From contig CATNEN010000038.1 in the NCBI GenBank assembly GCA_950097015.1, positions 15,004,001-15,068,000 of the forward strand: a stretch of DNA of 64,000 bases, read 5' to 3'. The stretch is from Macrostomum hystrix. Its lineage: Eukaryota > Animalia > Platyhelminthes. Position 1 is the stretch's first letter, and each line of letters opens with the position of its first letter. A program made the position numbers and the translations under genes. Of the stretch, positions 1 to 14,814 are shown piece after piece. The notes below the pieces were generated by a model that saw nothing but the letters and a program-made list of their open reading frames with translations, was not told the origin of the DNA and ran no database searches.

Positions 1-426
1 CTGTTAACAGCTGATCGAGACAGTTCAGTGTAGGCTAGCCGGGGCACATTGGGCAGGTGGTTCTATTTTGAAACAACAAAACCGATTTTAAGAAAAAGCT
101 GCACGAATTTTGTTTGCTGTGACAAAAGAAAAAATACTCATATCCTATTCTTTACGCAAATAGGGGAAAAATCACAGCTGGAACAATTGGAAACTTTTTA
201 TTGGGAAAAAACTTTCTTAATTCAAATATGTCTCCCTTGTTTCATTGAATTTCACAGATCATGACGTCTTTTAGAGACGCCACTGCTAACGTTAAATCAA
301 GTAGATCAAGGATATAATGGTTATTTTTGCCTAAATAATGTTCCAGGAATCCCTGGCTAAGTAAACCTAATCCAGGTTCTGATTCTAAGAATCAATTATA
401 CAAGTTGAAGGAAGCCACGACCCACT

Positions 427-920
427 TTCTAAGAAGCCATAATCCGGCTTCTAAGAAGCGATGATGCAGTTTCTAAGAAGCGATAATCGAGTTTCTAAGA
501 AGCAATTATTCAGTTTCTAAAAAATCGTGATCTAGTTTCCAAGAAGCCATAATCCAGTTTCTAAGAAGCCATTTTTCAGTTTCTAAGAAGCCATGATCCA
601 GTTTCTAAGAAGCCATTTTTCAGTTTCTAAGAAGCCATAATCCAGTTTCTAAAAATCGTGATCTAGTTTCCAAGAAGCCATGATGCAGTTTCTAAGAAGC
701 CATGATCCGGTTTCTAAGAAGCGATGATCCAGTTTCTAAGAAGCCATGATGCAGTTTCTAAGAAACCATGATCCAGTTTCTAAGAAGCCATGATCCAGTT
801 TCTAAGAAGCCATGATCCAGTTTCTAAGAATTCATTATCTAGACTTTAGAGTCCATAATTATGCATCTAAGAATCCACGTTTGTGTGTTTCTAAGAACTT
901 ATTATCTAGTTTCTAAGAGT
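427..920. repeat. 22-bp minisatellite (GTTTCTAAGAAGCCATGATCCA)
   Basis: Tandem copies visible, with degenerate edges. Confidence 0.9.
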
Positions 921-1699
921 CGCTGGTCCATCTTTACACAATAATTACGAGTACTTTATTGTATTGAAATTATCGAATTTCCATACAACCTAAAGTTATT
1001 TAACCTGAAGTTATATAAAAAACGCTAATACTTTAATTTTCAAAATAAAATCACGAAACAATACGGTAAACATATACCTGCCAAACTAAACAAAGACTAG
1101 CACTAGCAGCAGCAGAAGACAGGCACACACACACATCATCAGTCAGGTCAAATGTAAATCTATTGCTTGGAGACAAGTAAAAACGGAGATATCCAACACA
1201 ATGGCACATGGTTATTTGAAACCTGAAGAAGGCAGTTGAATAAAAGATTGGGTTTAGACACCTAACAAACTATCCAAGGCGTGAAGTGGCCTGCTCTACC
1301 TTGACTAGGCCAGTTAGTAAAACTGCATATTTACACCGTTAGCAAAATGGACATAGCCCGGTGACACAATGAAGGCCAATTTATTTTCAACTCAAAAGAA
1401 GACAGCTAGCTGAGTTCAGAACCCCCCGATTAGTTGCTAGCCAAAATTAAAAATGAGATAGCTGTTTAAAAGTGTAATAGAAGTGTCACACAATAACTAG
1501 CACGTATATTGGTCATAGATAAATAGTAAATTGCTCATAGCTTGACATTAAATTGATTATGGATTTAGACTGTTCAGACTTAGAGTTTATATCGGTCATA
1601 TAGCTAAGTCATTCAAATTGTCATTTATCAATTCTGAACTATTCATAGCTTGACATTAAACGGTCGTTTGGCTTGAATCTCAATTTATCATCGAGTGTG

Positions 1700-2400
1700 A
1701 CTCTATAATAGTCGCATAGACTGTGATTCTCTAATAGTCATAGACTGTGATTCTCTAATAGTCATAGACTGTGATTCTCTAATAGTAATAGACTGTGATT
1801 CTCTAATAGTCATAGACTGTGATTCTCTAATAGTAATAGACTGTGATTCTCTAATAGTCATAGACTGTGATTCTCTAATAGTCATAGACTGTGATTCTCT
1901 AATAGTCATAGACTGTGATTCTCTAATAGTCATAGACTGTGATTCTATAATAGTCATAGATTTTGATTCTCTAATAGTCATAGACTGTGATTCTCTAATA
2001 GTCATAGACTGTGATTCTCTAATAGTCATAGACTGTGATTCTATAATAGTCATAGACTGTGATTCTCTGATAGTCATAGACTGTGATTCTATAATAGTCA
2101 TAGAGTTTGACTCTTATGGTCACGTGTGACTCTTATGGCCATAGAGTATGACTCTATAATAGTCATAGAGTGTGACTCAATAATGGTCATAGAGTGTGAC
2201 TCTATAATGGTCATAGAGTGTGACTCTATAATGGTCAAGAGTGTGACTTAATATTTGTCATAGAGCGTGACACTATAATGCTCATAGAGTGTGGCTCTAT
2301 GATACTCATAGAGTGTGGCTCTATAATGGTCATAGTGTAACTTATATTGGTAATAGAGCGTGACTCTAAAATGGTCATAGAGCGTGACTCTATTATGGTC
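1700..2400. repeat. 24-bp minisatellite (CTCTAATAGTCATAGACTGTGATT) grading into a related degenerate unit
   Basis: Tandem copies; explains the MTIRESQS ORF. Confidence 0.92.
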
Positions 2401-3199
2401 ATTTTTAGATGTCTAGACTACATTTAAATCAAAAATAAATTAGCTCTAAAAAAATCAAGTCTTATAAGAAAATTTATTAACAGACTGTTAAATCAATCAT
2501 TTCTAATTATTTATCTCAGTTTAATAGACTGGAAATAATTTAGACCTATCAATTCAAGGGTTAGCGGTCTCGGAGGAAAGTGGGTCAACTAAGGGGAACA
2601 AGTCCCAGATACTTCACTTCCCAGTCTAATATAGGGAGCTCGAATATAGATCAAGTTACCGCGACAAAAAATCCCACCACACCAGATGTCGGGGCAACAA
2701 AACAGTTCAGATCCCATAACGCATTAATATCCCCTGCGAAAAATAAGAAATTAAATTGAGCTGTAAGCGTAGAAAATTAATAGGAAAGTGGCGAATCTTG
2801 ATGATCGTCGCGCGGTTGAGATTTCGGTAAAATTGTTGAGTGTTTTAGAAAAAGATGATTGAAGTGTCATTCACACTATTTAATTTTCAAGCGAACTTAT
2901 GTGGGGGATATTTCACACCACTCGTAGCTAAGGCTAGGCCACGCGGGTATTTCACGCGGTCTAATAGACACATAACTGTATAGCGTTTAAATGGTCAACA
3001 TTTTTTAACAGCTGAAGTTAAGTGGACACACGCTACTCGGCTCGGTCTCTTACTGGTTTTTGAGTAGTCTTGTGTTTGAGTAGGCCCCGATATTACTAGC
3101 TAATTTAGATTCTATTGTAAAATTATACATCGATCTTACTATTTAGGTCGCTCGCAATTTTTTTAGCACAAAATATTTCATTAACAATTTGCAACGGTA

Positions 3200-3990
3200 C
3201 CGATGGATTGATGGATCGATAAATCGAAAGATCCATGATAAATCGATGGATCCATGATAAATCGATGGATCGATAATAAATCGATGGATCGATAATAAAT
3301 CGATGGATCGATAATAAATCGATGGATCCATGATAAATCAATGATTCGATGATAAATCGATGGATATATGATAAATCGATGGATCGATGATAAATCGATG
3401 GATCCATGATAAATCGATGGATCGATGATAAATCGATGGATCCATGATAAATCAATGATTCGATGATAAATCGATGGATATATGATAAATCGATGGATCC
3501 ATGATAAATCAATGATTCAATGATAAATCGATGGATATATGATAAATCGATGGATCGATGATAAATCGATGGATCCATGATAAATCGATGGATCGATGAT
3601 AAATCGATGGATCCATGATAAATCGATGGATCGATGATAAATCGATGGATCCATGATAAATCGATGGATCCATGATAAATCGATGGATCCATGATAAATC
3701 GATGGATCCATGATAAATCGATGGATCGATGATAAATCGATGGATCGATGATAAATCGATGGATCCATGATAAATCGATGGATCGATGATAAATCGATGG
3801 ATCCATGATAAATCGATGGATCCATGATAAATCGATGGATCGATAATAAATCGATGGATCGATGATAAATCGATGGATCGATGATAAATCGATGGATCGA
3901 TGATAAATCGATGGATCGATGATTTGATGGATCGATATTCGATGGATCGATATTCGATGGATTGATAATTCGAAGGATCGAATATTCGAT
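3200..3990. repeat. 19-bp minisatellite (GATAAATCGATGGATC[C/G]AT)
   Basis: About 38 tandem copies. Confidence 0.93.
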
Positions 3991-5054
3991 AACTGCTTTT
4001 TTGCCCGATAATACTGCTTAAAAGTCTGCTTAAACGATAAAATTGGCAACATTATGAAATTAAATTAAAGTAAAATAGACAAGAGAAACTGAGTTTTTAA
4101 AGATTGTCAACGAACCGTGGCTTACTGAAAGTCGGCTAGACCCTGAAACAACGGAGATCATGCTAATGCCAAGAAAATTGTTTGTCATTTAGGATTATAA
4201 AACTACCCTTATTTGATTCTAAATCCTCAAAAAAAAAGAAGAATGATTTCAGCAATACTTATTGGCCTGGCTGGATTATAATTTTTTTAATAAAAGGCTC
4301 TACTAAACTGATTTACTGAGATTTGCAAAGAAACTAAGAGAAAATTGAAATCCTGACCAGTAGACTAAATCTCTGTACACTCATAATAGACAGTTGTCAA
4401 CACCAAGTTGTCGAAGTTGTCCGCAGTGTGACTGACAGGCTTGAAAACTATTGCGAAGCAGAAGGTGCTTCTCAAACACTTGACCACGCGAATTTATTTC
4501 AATTCTCTGCTTTTGCATTGTTCCATTATTCAATCTGACCATTCTGTAATCAAAATCTTTAATCCACTGGGGGATTGTAAAATCGGAGGAATTTTTGTGC
4601 CTAATGCTGCTGCAGCAAACTACCCCATGCAGCAATGTAGCAGCTGACATATTTATTTTGACATAAAATAGACTTTAATTACATTTTCTATAGCCTTATT
4701 ATTGCAGTCGGAAAGTAACGTGGCACCGGTGTGACGCAATCAGTGCGCTCAAATAGAGCCTGGCAACTAACTTACAAGTATCTCTCTGAGACTTGGATTT
4801 GCTGCATTTTTATGAGTGAAATAATTAGAATGCGACGCAAGGGAAGCATACTAGTTGGGGTGTAATCTAGTTGATGCTTCAAATTGAGACAATCTTTGAG
4901 CTCAAACATGTTGCAGGAGGGCTGTGGGCAGTGTCACATCTATTGGCGACAGTAGACCCGCAGTCAGCGAGGAGGCAATTCTGCCCACTCCGCTGACCAC
5001 TAAACACACAAGCACACAGATTGTTGAACCTTAAACAGACACGCAATAAGAGAA

Positions 5055-6035
5055 CCGACGATTTAGGAGAATCATCAAATTTAGAAAATTTTCGAATTAA
5101 AGGGAATTGTCAAATTAGAGAATCGTCGAATTTAGGGAATCGTGGAATTTAGAGAATAGTCGAATTTAGAAAATTTTCGAATTAAAGGGAATTGTCGAAT
5201 TTAGAAAATCGTCGAATTTAGAGAATCGTCGAATTTAGGGAATCGTCGAATTTAGAAAATTGTCGAATTTAGAAAATTGTCGAATTTAGAAAATCGTCGA
5301 ATTTAGGGAATCGTCGAATTTAGAAAATCGTGGAATTTAGAAAATCGTCGAATTTAGAGAATTGTCGAATTTAGAAAATTGTCGAATTTAGAAAATCGTC
5401 GAATTTAGAGAATCGTCGAATTTAGGGAATCGTCGAATTTAGAAAATTGTCGAATTTAGAAAATTGTCGAATTTAGAAAATCGTCGAATTTAGGGAATCG
5501 TCGAATTTAGAAAATCGTGGAATTTAGAAAATCGTCGAATTTAGAGAATCGTCGAATTTAGAGAATCGTCGAATTTAGAGAATCGTCGAATTTAGAGAAT
5601 CGTCGAATTTAGAGAATCGTGGAATTTAGGGAATCGTGGAATTTAGAGAATCGTGGAATTTAGAGAATCGTGGAATTTAGAGAATCGTGGAATTTAGAGA
5701 ATCGTGGAATTTAGAGAATCGTCGAATTTAGAGAATCGTCGAATTTAGAGAATCGTCGAATTTAGAGAATCGTGGAATTTAGAGAATCGTCGAATTTAGA
5801 GAATCGTCGAATTTAGAGAATCGTGGAATTTAGAGAATCGTCGAATTTAGAGAATCGTCGAATTTAGAAAATCGTGTAATTTAGGGAATTGTCAAATATA
5901 GAGAATCGTCAAATTTAGGGAATTGTCGAATTTAGAAAATCGTGAAATTTAGGGAATCGTGGAATTTAGAGAATCGTGGAATTTAGAGAATCGTGGAATT
6001 TAGAGAATCGTGGAATTTAGAGAATCGTCGAATTA
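5055..6035. repeat. 17-bp minisatellite (GAATTTAGAGAATCGTC)
   Basis: About 55 tandem copies. Confidence 0.93.
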
Positions 6036-6829
6036 ATAGAATTGGTGGTTAAATAGAACACAGGTTTTAGACAGGATATCCCAATAAAACTAAGTTTCGG
6101 TCCTCAAAAAATGATTAGAAACCCAAGATCAACAACTTATATGCTAATTTGAGTTCTAGAGTTTTCAGTTTAGCCAGCAGCGGAAACTATCTCTAATAGA
6201 GGTCGGAAAGTGAAGCCGGGTTCACGGGAAAAAACTGGGATATTCGCTGCTGACTGGTGGCAGTTGAGTATTCTCCCCCTTATTCTCCAAGCGCCTCACT
6301 TATCTCGAGTGGAAAGGTGACACCGGAGCAGATTGAAAAGAGGAACCTCCTAACCTGTTAATCAACAGGCCACTTAAGACTGTCTCTCTGCTTTTCTCTT
6401 CTTTAGCCAACGAGTTCCCTATTTACTTCCAAATAGAATATATTCTAGTGTACTGTTACACCACCCGACTCTGCTGCAGGGTTCGGTTGGTGTTTGCATT
6501 CATTCTCATTTATTTCTAACTCGCCAAATTTTGCATCAAGTGTGTTGACTCATTGATTGGCATTCATTCTTTGCCAAGCAGCGCCCGATTCGGCGTTTAT
6601 TGGTTAAAAAAAATCAAATGCTTTTTTACCTAGAAGAATCAAATGCTCTTTTTATATAAATGGAGACTAAACATGGCGAGTACAAGCTAGATGCAGAATT
6701 CGTTTTTTTGTGAAAATCGTTTTTATAGAAACGAAATGTATTGGGATTTGAGAACCTCGGGGAGACTGTTCTTGGGGATTAATTGAAATTACAATTTCGA
6801 GACTTTAATGGGACGATGTTGGCATCAAA

Positions 6830-9800
6830 TACGGAATATTGATGGGATCAATGGGGATTAGGATTCCGATATCTCAACGGAATATTGATGGGATCAATGG
6901 GGATTAGGATTCCGAGATCTCAACGGAATATTGATGGGATCAATGGGGATTAGGATTCCGAGATCTCAACGGAATATTGATGGGATCAATCGGGATTAGG
7001 ATTCCGATATCACAACCGAATATTGATGGGATCAATCGGGATTAGGATTCCGAGATCTCAACGGAATATTGATGGGATCAATCGGGATTAGGATTCCGAG
7101 ATCTCAACGGAATATTGATGGGATCAATCGGGATTAGGATTCCGATATCTCAACGGAATATTGATGGGATCAATCGGGATTAGGATTCCGAGATCTCAAC
7201 GGAATATTGATGGGATCAATCGGGATTAGGATTCCGAGATCTCAACGGAATATTGATGGGATCAATCGGGATTAGGATTCCGAGATCTCAACGGAATATT
7301 GATGGGATCAATCGGGATTAGGATTCCGAGATCTCAACGGAATATTGATGGGATCAATCGGGATTAGGATTCCGATATCTCAACCGAATATTGATGGGAT
7401 CAATGGGGATTAGGATTCCGATATCTCAACCGAATATTGATGGGATCAATGGGGATTAGGATTCCGATATCTCAACGGAATATTGATGGGATCAATCGGG
7501 ATTAGGATTCCGAGATCTCAACGGAATATTGATGGGATCAATGGGGATTAGGATTCCGAGATCTCAACGGAATATTGATGGGATCAAAGGGGATTAGGAT
7601 TCCGAGATCTCAACGGAATATTGATGGGATCAATGGGGATTAGGATTCCGAGATCTCAACGGAATATTGATGGGATAAATGGGGATTAGGATTCCGAGAT
7701 CTCAACCGAATATTGATGGGATAAATGGGGATTAGGATTCCGAGATCTCAACCGAATATTGATGGGATCAATGGGGATTAGGATTCCGAGATCTCAACGG
7801 AATATTGATGGGATCAATCGGGATTAGGATTCCGAGATCTCAACGGAATATTGATGGGATCAATGGGGATTAGGATTCCGAGATCTCAACGGAATATTGA
7901 TGGGATCAATGGGGATTAGGATTCCGAGATCTCAACGGAATATTGATGGGATCAATCGGGATTAGGATTCCGAGATCTCAACGGAATATTGATGGGATCA
8001 ATCGGGATTAGGATTCCGATATCTCAACGGAATATTGATGGGATCAATCGGGATTAGGATTCCGATATCTCAACCGAATATTGATGGGATCAATGGGGAT
8101 TAGTATTCCGAGATCTCAACTGAATATTGATGGGATCAATGGGGATTAGGATTCCGAGATCTCAACGGAATATTGATGGGATCAATGGGGATTAGGATTC
8201 CGAGATCTCAACGGAATATTGATGGGATCAATCGGGATTAGGATTCCGATATCTCAACGGAATATTGATGGGATCAATCGGGATTAGGATTCCGATATCT
8301 CAACGGAATATTGATGGGATCAATCGGGATTAGGATTCCGATATCTCAACCGAATATTGATGGGATCAATGGGGATTAGGATTCCGATATCTCAACGGAA
8401 TATTGATGGGATCAATGGGGATTAGGATTCCGAGATCTCAACGGAATATTGATGGGATCAATGGGGATTAGGATTCCGAGATCTCAACGGAATATTGATG
8501 GGATCAATCGGGATTAGGATTCCGAGATCTCAACGGAATATTGATGGGATCAATCGGGATTAGGATTCCGAGATCTCAACTGAATATTGATGGGATCAAT
8601 CGGGATTAGGATTCCGAGATCTCAACGGAATATTGATGGGATCAATGGGGATTAGGATTCCGAGATCTCAACGGAATATTGATGGGATCAATCGGGATTA
8701 GGATTCCGAGATCTCAACGGAATATTGATGGGATCAATCGGGATTAGGATTCCGAGATCTCAACTGAATATTGATGGGATCAATCGGGATTAGGATTCCG
8801 AGATCTCAACGGAATATTGATGGGATCAATCGGGATTAGGATTCCGAGATCTCAACGGAATATTGATGGGATCAATCGGGATTAGGATTCCGAGATCTCA
8901 ACGGAATATTGATGGGATCAATCGGGATTAGGATTCCGAGATCTCAACGGAATATTGATGGGATCAATCGGGATTAGGATTCCGAGATCTCAACGGAATA
9001 TTGATGGGATCAATCGGGATTAGGATTCCGATATCTCAACCGAATATTGATGGGATCAATGGGGATTAGGATTCCGAGATCTCAACGGAATATTGATGGG
9101 ATCAATGGGGATTAGGATTCCGATATCTCAACCGAATATTGATGGGATCAATGGGGATTAGGATTCCGATATCTCAACCGAATATTGATGGGATCAATGG
9201 GGATTAGGATTCCGAGATCTCAACGGAATATTGATGGGATCAATGGGGATTAGGATTCCGAGATCTCAACGGAATATTGATGGGATCAATCGGGATTAGG
9301 ATTCCGAGATCTCAACGGAATATTGATGGGATCAATGGGGATTAGGATTCCGAGATCTCAACCGAATATTGATGGGATCAATGGGGATTAGGATTCCGAG
9401 ATCTCAACGGAATATTGATGGGATCAAAGGGGATTAGGATTCCGAGATCTCAACGGAATATTGATGGGATCAATGGGGATTAGGATTCCGAGATCTCAAC
9501 GGAATATTGATGGGATCAATGGGGATTAGGATTCCGAGATCTCAACGGAATATTGATGGGATCAATGGGGATTAGGATTCCGAGATCTCAACGGAATATT
9601 GATGGGATCAATGGGGATTAGGATTCCGATATCTCAACGGAATATTGATGGGATCAATCGGGATTAGGATTCCGATATCTCAACCGAATATTGATGGGAT
9701 CAATGGGGATTAGGATTCCGAGATCTCAACGGAATATTGATGGGATCAATGGGGATTAGTATTCCGAGATCTCAACGGAATATTGATGGGATCAATCGGG

Positions 9801-10960
9801 ATTAGGATTCCGATATCTCAACCGAATATTGATGGGATCAATGGGGATTAGGATTCCGATATCTCAACCGAATATTGATGGGATCAATGGGGATTAGGAT
9901 TCCGAGATCTCAACGGAATATTGATGGGATCAATGGGGATTAGGATTCCGAGATCTCAACGGAATATTGATGGGATCAATCGGGATTAGGATTCCGAGAT
10001 CTCAACGGAATATTGATGGGATCAATGGGGATTAGGATTCCGAGATCTCAACCGAATATTGATGGGATCAATGGGGATTAGGATTCCGATATCTCAACGG
10101 AATATTGATGGGATCAATGGGGATTAGGATTCCGAGATCTCAACCGAATATTGATGGGATCAATGGGGATTAGTATTCCGAGATCTCAACCGAATATTGA
10201 TGGGATCAATCGGGATTAGGATTCCGAGATCTCAACGGAATATTGATGGGATCAATGGGGATTAGGATTCCGATATCTCAACGGAATATTGATGGGATCA
10301 ATCGGGATTAGGATTCCGAGATCTCAACGGAATATTGATGGGATCAATCGGGATTAGGATTCCGATATCTCAACGGAATATTGATGGGATCAATCGGGAT
10401 TAGGATTCCGATATCTCAACGGAATATTGATGGGATCAATCGGGATTAGGATTCCGATATCTCAACGGAATATTGATGGGATCAATCGGGATTAGGATTC
10501 CGATATCTCAACGGAATATTGATGGGATCAATCGGGATTAGGATTCCGATATCTCAACGGAATATTGATGGGATCAATCGGGATTAGGATTCCGATATCT
10601 CAACGGAATATTGATGGGATCAATGGGGATTAGGATTCCGAGATCTCAACGGAATATTGATGGGATCAATCGGGATTAGGATTCCGAGATCTCAACGGAA
10701 TATTGATGGGATCAATCGGGATTAGGATTCCGATATCTCAACGGAATATTGATGGGATCAATGGGGATTAGGATTCCGAGATCTCAACTGAATATTGATG
10801 GGATCAATGGGGATTAGGATTCCGAGATCTCAACCGAATATTGATGGGATCAATGGGGATTAGGATTCCGAGATCTCAACGGAATATTGATGGGATCAAT
10901 CGGGATTAGGATTCCGAGATCTCAACGGAATATTGATGGGATCAATGGGGATTAGGATTT
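6830..10960. repeat. 46-bp satellite (GGAATATTGATGGGATCAATCGGGATTAGGATTCCGAGATCTCAAC), ~90 copies
   Basis: Highly homogeneous 4.1-kb array with three main binary variant sites. Confidence 0.97.
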
Positions 10961-11949
10961 CAGGATTTCAATGGGATTATGTTTGGATCAGTGGGAAGGA
11001 TTTAAAATTTTGATGGGAGAATTAGCATTAGGGTTAGGATTTAGGGATTGTAAAGAAAAAGTATTCATAGGATTAGGGATAGTAGGATTTTGACAGAAAC
11101 ATTTATTTTGTACTGGGATTACTGGCATATTTAAGGGATAGTTTAGTTTTTTTATTTTAACAGCATTCTTTACCGGTCACCGGCATATAGGCACACCTAT
11201 TGGCCTGGATTGGGGACTTGGGTCAGAGATCATCTCTATCACTTGTCAAAGCAGGACCTCAGTCAGTGTGAGTGTGGATTATTATTATTTTTAATTTTCT
11301 TCTATCTAAAAAGCTAACTATAAATGACAGGGGACGCAACTGCACACAAACACACACGCGCGCACACACATTGGGTGTAGAGTTCAGAGCGGAGCAAAAT
11401 ATGAACAGATAGAGGGAGAGAGACAGAGAGAGAGAGGCGACGACCCATTGTGGAAGGAACTCCTGCAGACTGTCAGGCGCCATAAACTATTCACTATAGT
11501 CTGCTGCTGCCGCTGCTGCTGCCGCTGCTGGGGGTTAGGACAGTTTGAGAGCTGTTTAGTAGCCTCCAATAGATTCTCAGCTCCCCCTATAGTCTCATCA
11601 TAGCGAGAAGCACAGCGACTGCAGTGTGTGTGTCATTTTCATTCAATTGGCGGCTTTGACCAGCTCAACTGCTGCACGCACTACTTTTTTACCAATCTAA
11701 ATTTTTTTTGGCCACTAGCTATACAGCTCTCACAATTTAAACAGTGAGCTCATGGTCGTGTCTGTATGAGTACCCCCAGCACTCGGCCATCTGAGCGCAT
11801 GGTGCTGACTCTATACTGGTTTTGTAGTATCATGTGGTGTGAAAAAAACACACACACATGGAGAATGAACAAAAAAAGAATGAAGACACTCGTGTATAGG
11901 GTGTGTCCAGTTATGCTATTGACAAAAAACACTTACACAACTAGTGTAG

Positions 11950-11984
<35 letters not shown>

Positions 11985-13415
11985 CTATGTATGTCTAAAG
12001 AGTGCTTCAACTGAGTTAACGCTAGTTGGGTAAGGTAGAAAGATTAATTGAAATGAAAACGAGATGAAACGAGATGCTGATCAATGAGTAGATTAGCGGG
12101 TTAGCTAACCAAAGATCAATGCAAACAAAATAGTTTTCAGCAATAATTCCGTTAAGCTGGGAAGTAGTTTGAGTGTCAATTGCTGCAGGAAATTCTAGTA
12201 GACCTGCCAAAGTAATCGTAGTTTCAAAGACAACAAATTAATGCTAAAGTTATTAACATGGAAACTATACTGAAATTTAAACTAAAAATAGACGACATTT
12301 TCTGAAACCTGAAGTCAATGACCCGAAGTATCTAGAGCCCGAAATTTTCCAAAAACTGCATTTTTAATACGAAAAAATCTGTTCATTTAAAAAATGAAAG
12401 CAGATCGCAATAGTTCAAGAAAACCTGATAGAACAAGAAGAATATTTGCTACAATTTCTGTCTTTTTGTAAACTAACACCTATAGCCGACAACTAGCGGA
12501 CTTGGCAGTTTTGCTGCTATTCTCAAATCTTCTCTTTACAAGCGACTTCAGAAAGAATCTGCCGACAGACAGGGAGGCTGGAAGGGAGAGATGGAGCTGG
12601 TGTATGTGGCATGAGATGACTGGTGGCTGCTTAGAGTGACTTAAAATAAAACAGGACTTAGCAAAGTCCTTTGGGAACACAAAGGCTTGACAAAGCATCG
12701 TTTACTTACAACTCAAGTAAGTAGTTTCGATCTAATTAATTATTAATGAAAAGCGATACCTCTCCTACATAGGTGTCGGCTGCATTTGAGTATTTGTTTT
12801 TACCTTGCTCAGCATAACAAAGGTGTTAAAAGAAGAAATTGCTGTAGCAAGTTAGAGAAACAACGAAAGCCAAATAAGAAGTGTAATAATCTAACATATT
12901 TAGCAGTTTTTAGGCAGAAAAAAAAGTATAAAATCTATTAGACATTATAATTTTTTTAATGAAATTTAGGATACCATTTTGTTTTACCGCATTGAAATTT
13001 TGGGATTTTAAAAGCTCAAAATTTCATAGAAACGATGTCTGCCCTTCGGGGAATCGGAATTTCTTAGAATATGAATTTCTAAGAATTGGGAGTTTTAAGA
13101 ATATATATGTTTTCTAGGAATAGAGATTTCGGATAACCGTGATTTTCGTAATTGAGATGTCAGCAAAAAATAGTTTTTATCTATCCAAGAAATGCAAAAA
13201 CTGTCCATATAACTTTTAGGATTTCAAAAATAAAACTTAGGATTGACAGTTTATCCAGAAAACGCATTCTATATTATATTATATTCGTGTGAACATTAAT
13301 AACAATAAAAAAGACAATTCAACGGGTGTGAAGCCACGGTGTCCAAATTAACAATACCCCCTAACAGCAGCAGCAGCAGCAGCAGCTGCAGTAGAAAATT
13401 GGGCTTCAAGTAGAG

Positions 13416-13718
13416 CAGGGGTAGGCAAACTTATTTGCTGGCGGGCCAAATAGAGAACCTAAAAGACGACAGCGGGCCGCATTGACTGTATAAATATGAG
13501 ATAGGGGAGAGATGAGACACGGGAGAGATGAGACACGAGAGAGATGAGACACGGGAGCGATGAGACACAGGAGAGATGAGACACGGGAGAGATGAGAAAC
13601 AGGAGAGATAAGACACGGGAGAGATTAGACACGAGAGAGATGAGACACGGGAGAGATTAGACACGGGAGAGATTCGAGGGCCGCATCTGGCCCGCGGGCC
13701 GGAGTTTGCCGACCCCTG
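13416..13718. mobile_element. Non-autonomous hAT-type MITE (303 bp) with internal minisatellite
   Basis: TIRs CAGGGGTAGGCAAACT / AGTTTGCCGACCCCTG (15/16 match); 8-bp TSD AAGTAGAG at 13408-13415 and 13719-13726; GCGGGCC subterminal motifs; internal 16-bp GGGAGAGATGAGACAC array. Confidence 0.92.
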
Positions 13719-13879
13719 AAGTAGAGTCTATACAACATGTTGCAGCCTGTAGCAAAAATGCTTTAAATTGTTATTTGGAGGACAGCAATGCCTGACTAAC
13801 GGTCACGCACACATTCTGGTTTACTTATTTAGAGAAAAACCAGAGATAACTTGCTTTTTGTTCAGAACTGTTGTAAAAA

Positions 13880-14200
13880 TATTTATTAAGTAGCTGAGTA
13901 CACCTGCCCCAATTGGGCCAGATGTGCAGCCAACAGCACAGCCGCAGCTATTGCGCGGCGCATTTTCTGAAAGCTGCGTGCGTACAGCTGTTCAGTCCAT
14001 GGACTGAACGGGGGGACGCCACACCAACCCTCAAAATTACCCCAGCTAATGGTAGCATTGATTTTACGACTGTGTGGACTGAAGCAAAGACCAGTTTTGT
14101 GCCTTTCTAAAAGACACAAATTGTTTCAGTGGAGTCAGGAATCGAACCACCGACCTTCAAGTCGTGAGTTCGACGCTCTTATCAACTAGACTAAAACCAC
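13880..14200 (-). mobile_element. tRNA-derived SINE, copy B (more diverged head)
   Basis: Aligns to 16379-16604 over ~220 bp; B box GGTTCGATTCC; shared CAGTCCATGGACTG palindrome. Confidence 0.8.
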
Positions 14201-14814
14201 TTTCTTTCCTTCACACAGGTGAGGGTTGAGGATTGTGTTGCCTTTCTTTCTAATAACCAAAGTGATTCATTAAAAAAGACACTCAATTGCCTAACGGCCT
14301 CCAACCTAGGCGACTGAATTTGAGAACAGAAATTGAACAGCTGCTGGCACAACTATGTGCTCACTTACATTAAAAGGCCAGATAGATAGATAGGGAGGAA
14401 GCACTTCACTTTCTGTGCATACTCAAATTTCTATGATTAAAATTCGTTTAAATTATGTTAAACAAGCCCAGTAACTCAACAACTCAACCCCGGAGTTAAA
14501 GTTGATCCCAGTCCTATTGGAGAGTCCCTTTTTTGTCTCAATGGAACACAACAGTCGGAAGTCTTTTCAACTTTCTCATTTTCTTTTTTTTCACAGAAAA
14601 AAAGAGACACCCTATGAAGCTAATTGGGGCATAGCAGCTGTATTTAAGTTTTAATAATTTCAATATCAAATTTTCTTTACTTTTTTAGCAAGTATAATTC
14701 AAGATTATTTAAGGCTGCGTTGAAATAGTTGAAAATTTTGAAATTTATTGAAAGCAAGAAAGTTTCCAATATGCAAACAGACATACAGGGGGGTAGACGA
14801 TTGCAACACAATCA

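Noticed and set aside
2550-3100. Possible Helitron or other TE fragment (GC-richer block ending ...TACTAG)
   Set aside because: No clear terminal hairpin, TIR, TSD or second copy in the window.
3123-4052. Repeat-derived ORFs (also 1703-2101, 14729-15648, 18019-18535, 31879-32553, 47952-48431, 49495-50187, 58930-59439)
   Set aside because: All coincide with tandem arrays and show no coding signal beyond the lack of stops.
6830-10960. CRISPR-like regular repeat array (also 20041-22670)
   Set aside because: Head-to-tail units with no unique spacers, no cas genes and a eukaryotic context; these are satellites.
11259-12210. Small ORFs with poly-Gln or poly-Ala
   Set aside because: Arise from CAG/CTG, GA and CA microsatellites; no recognisable domain or supported exon structure.
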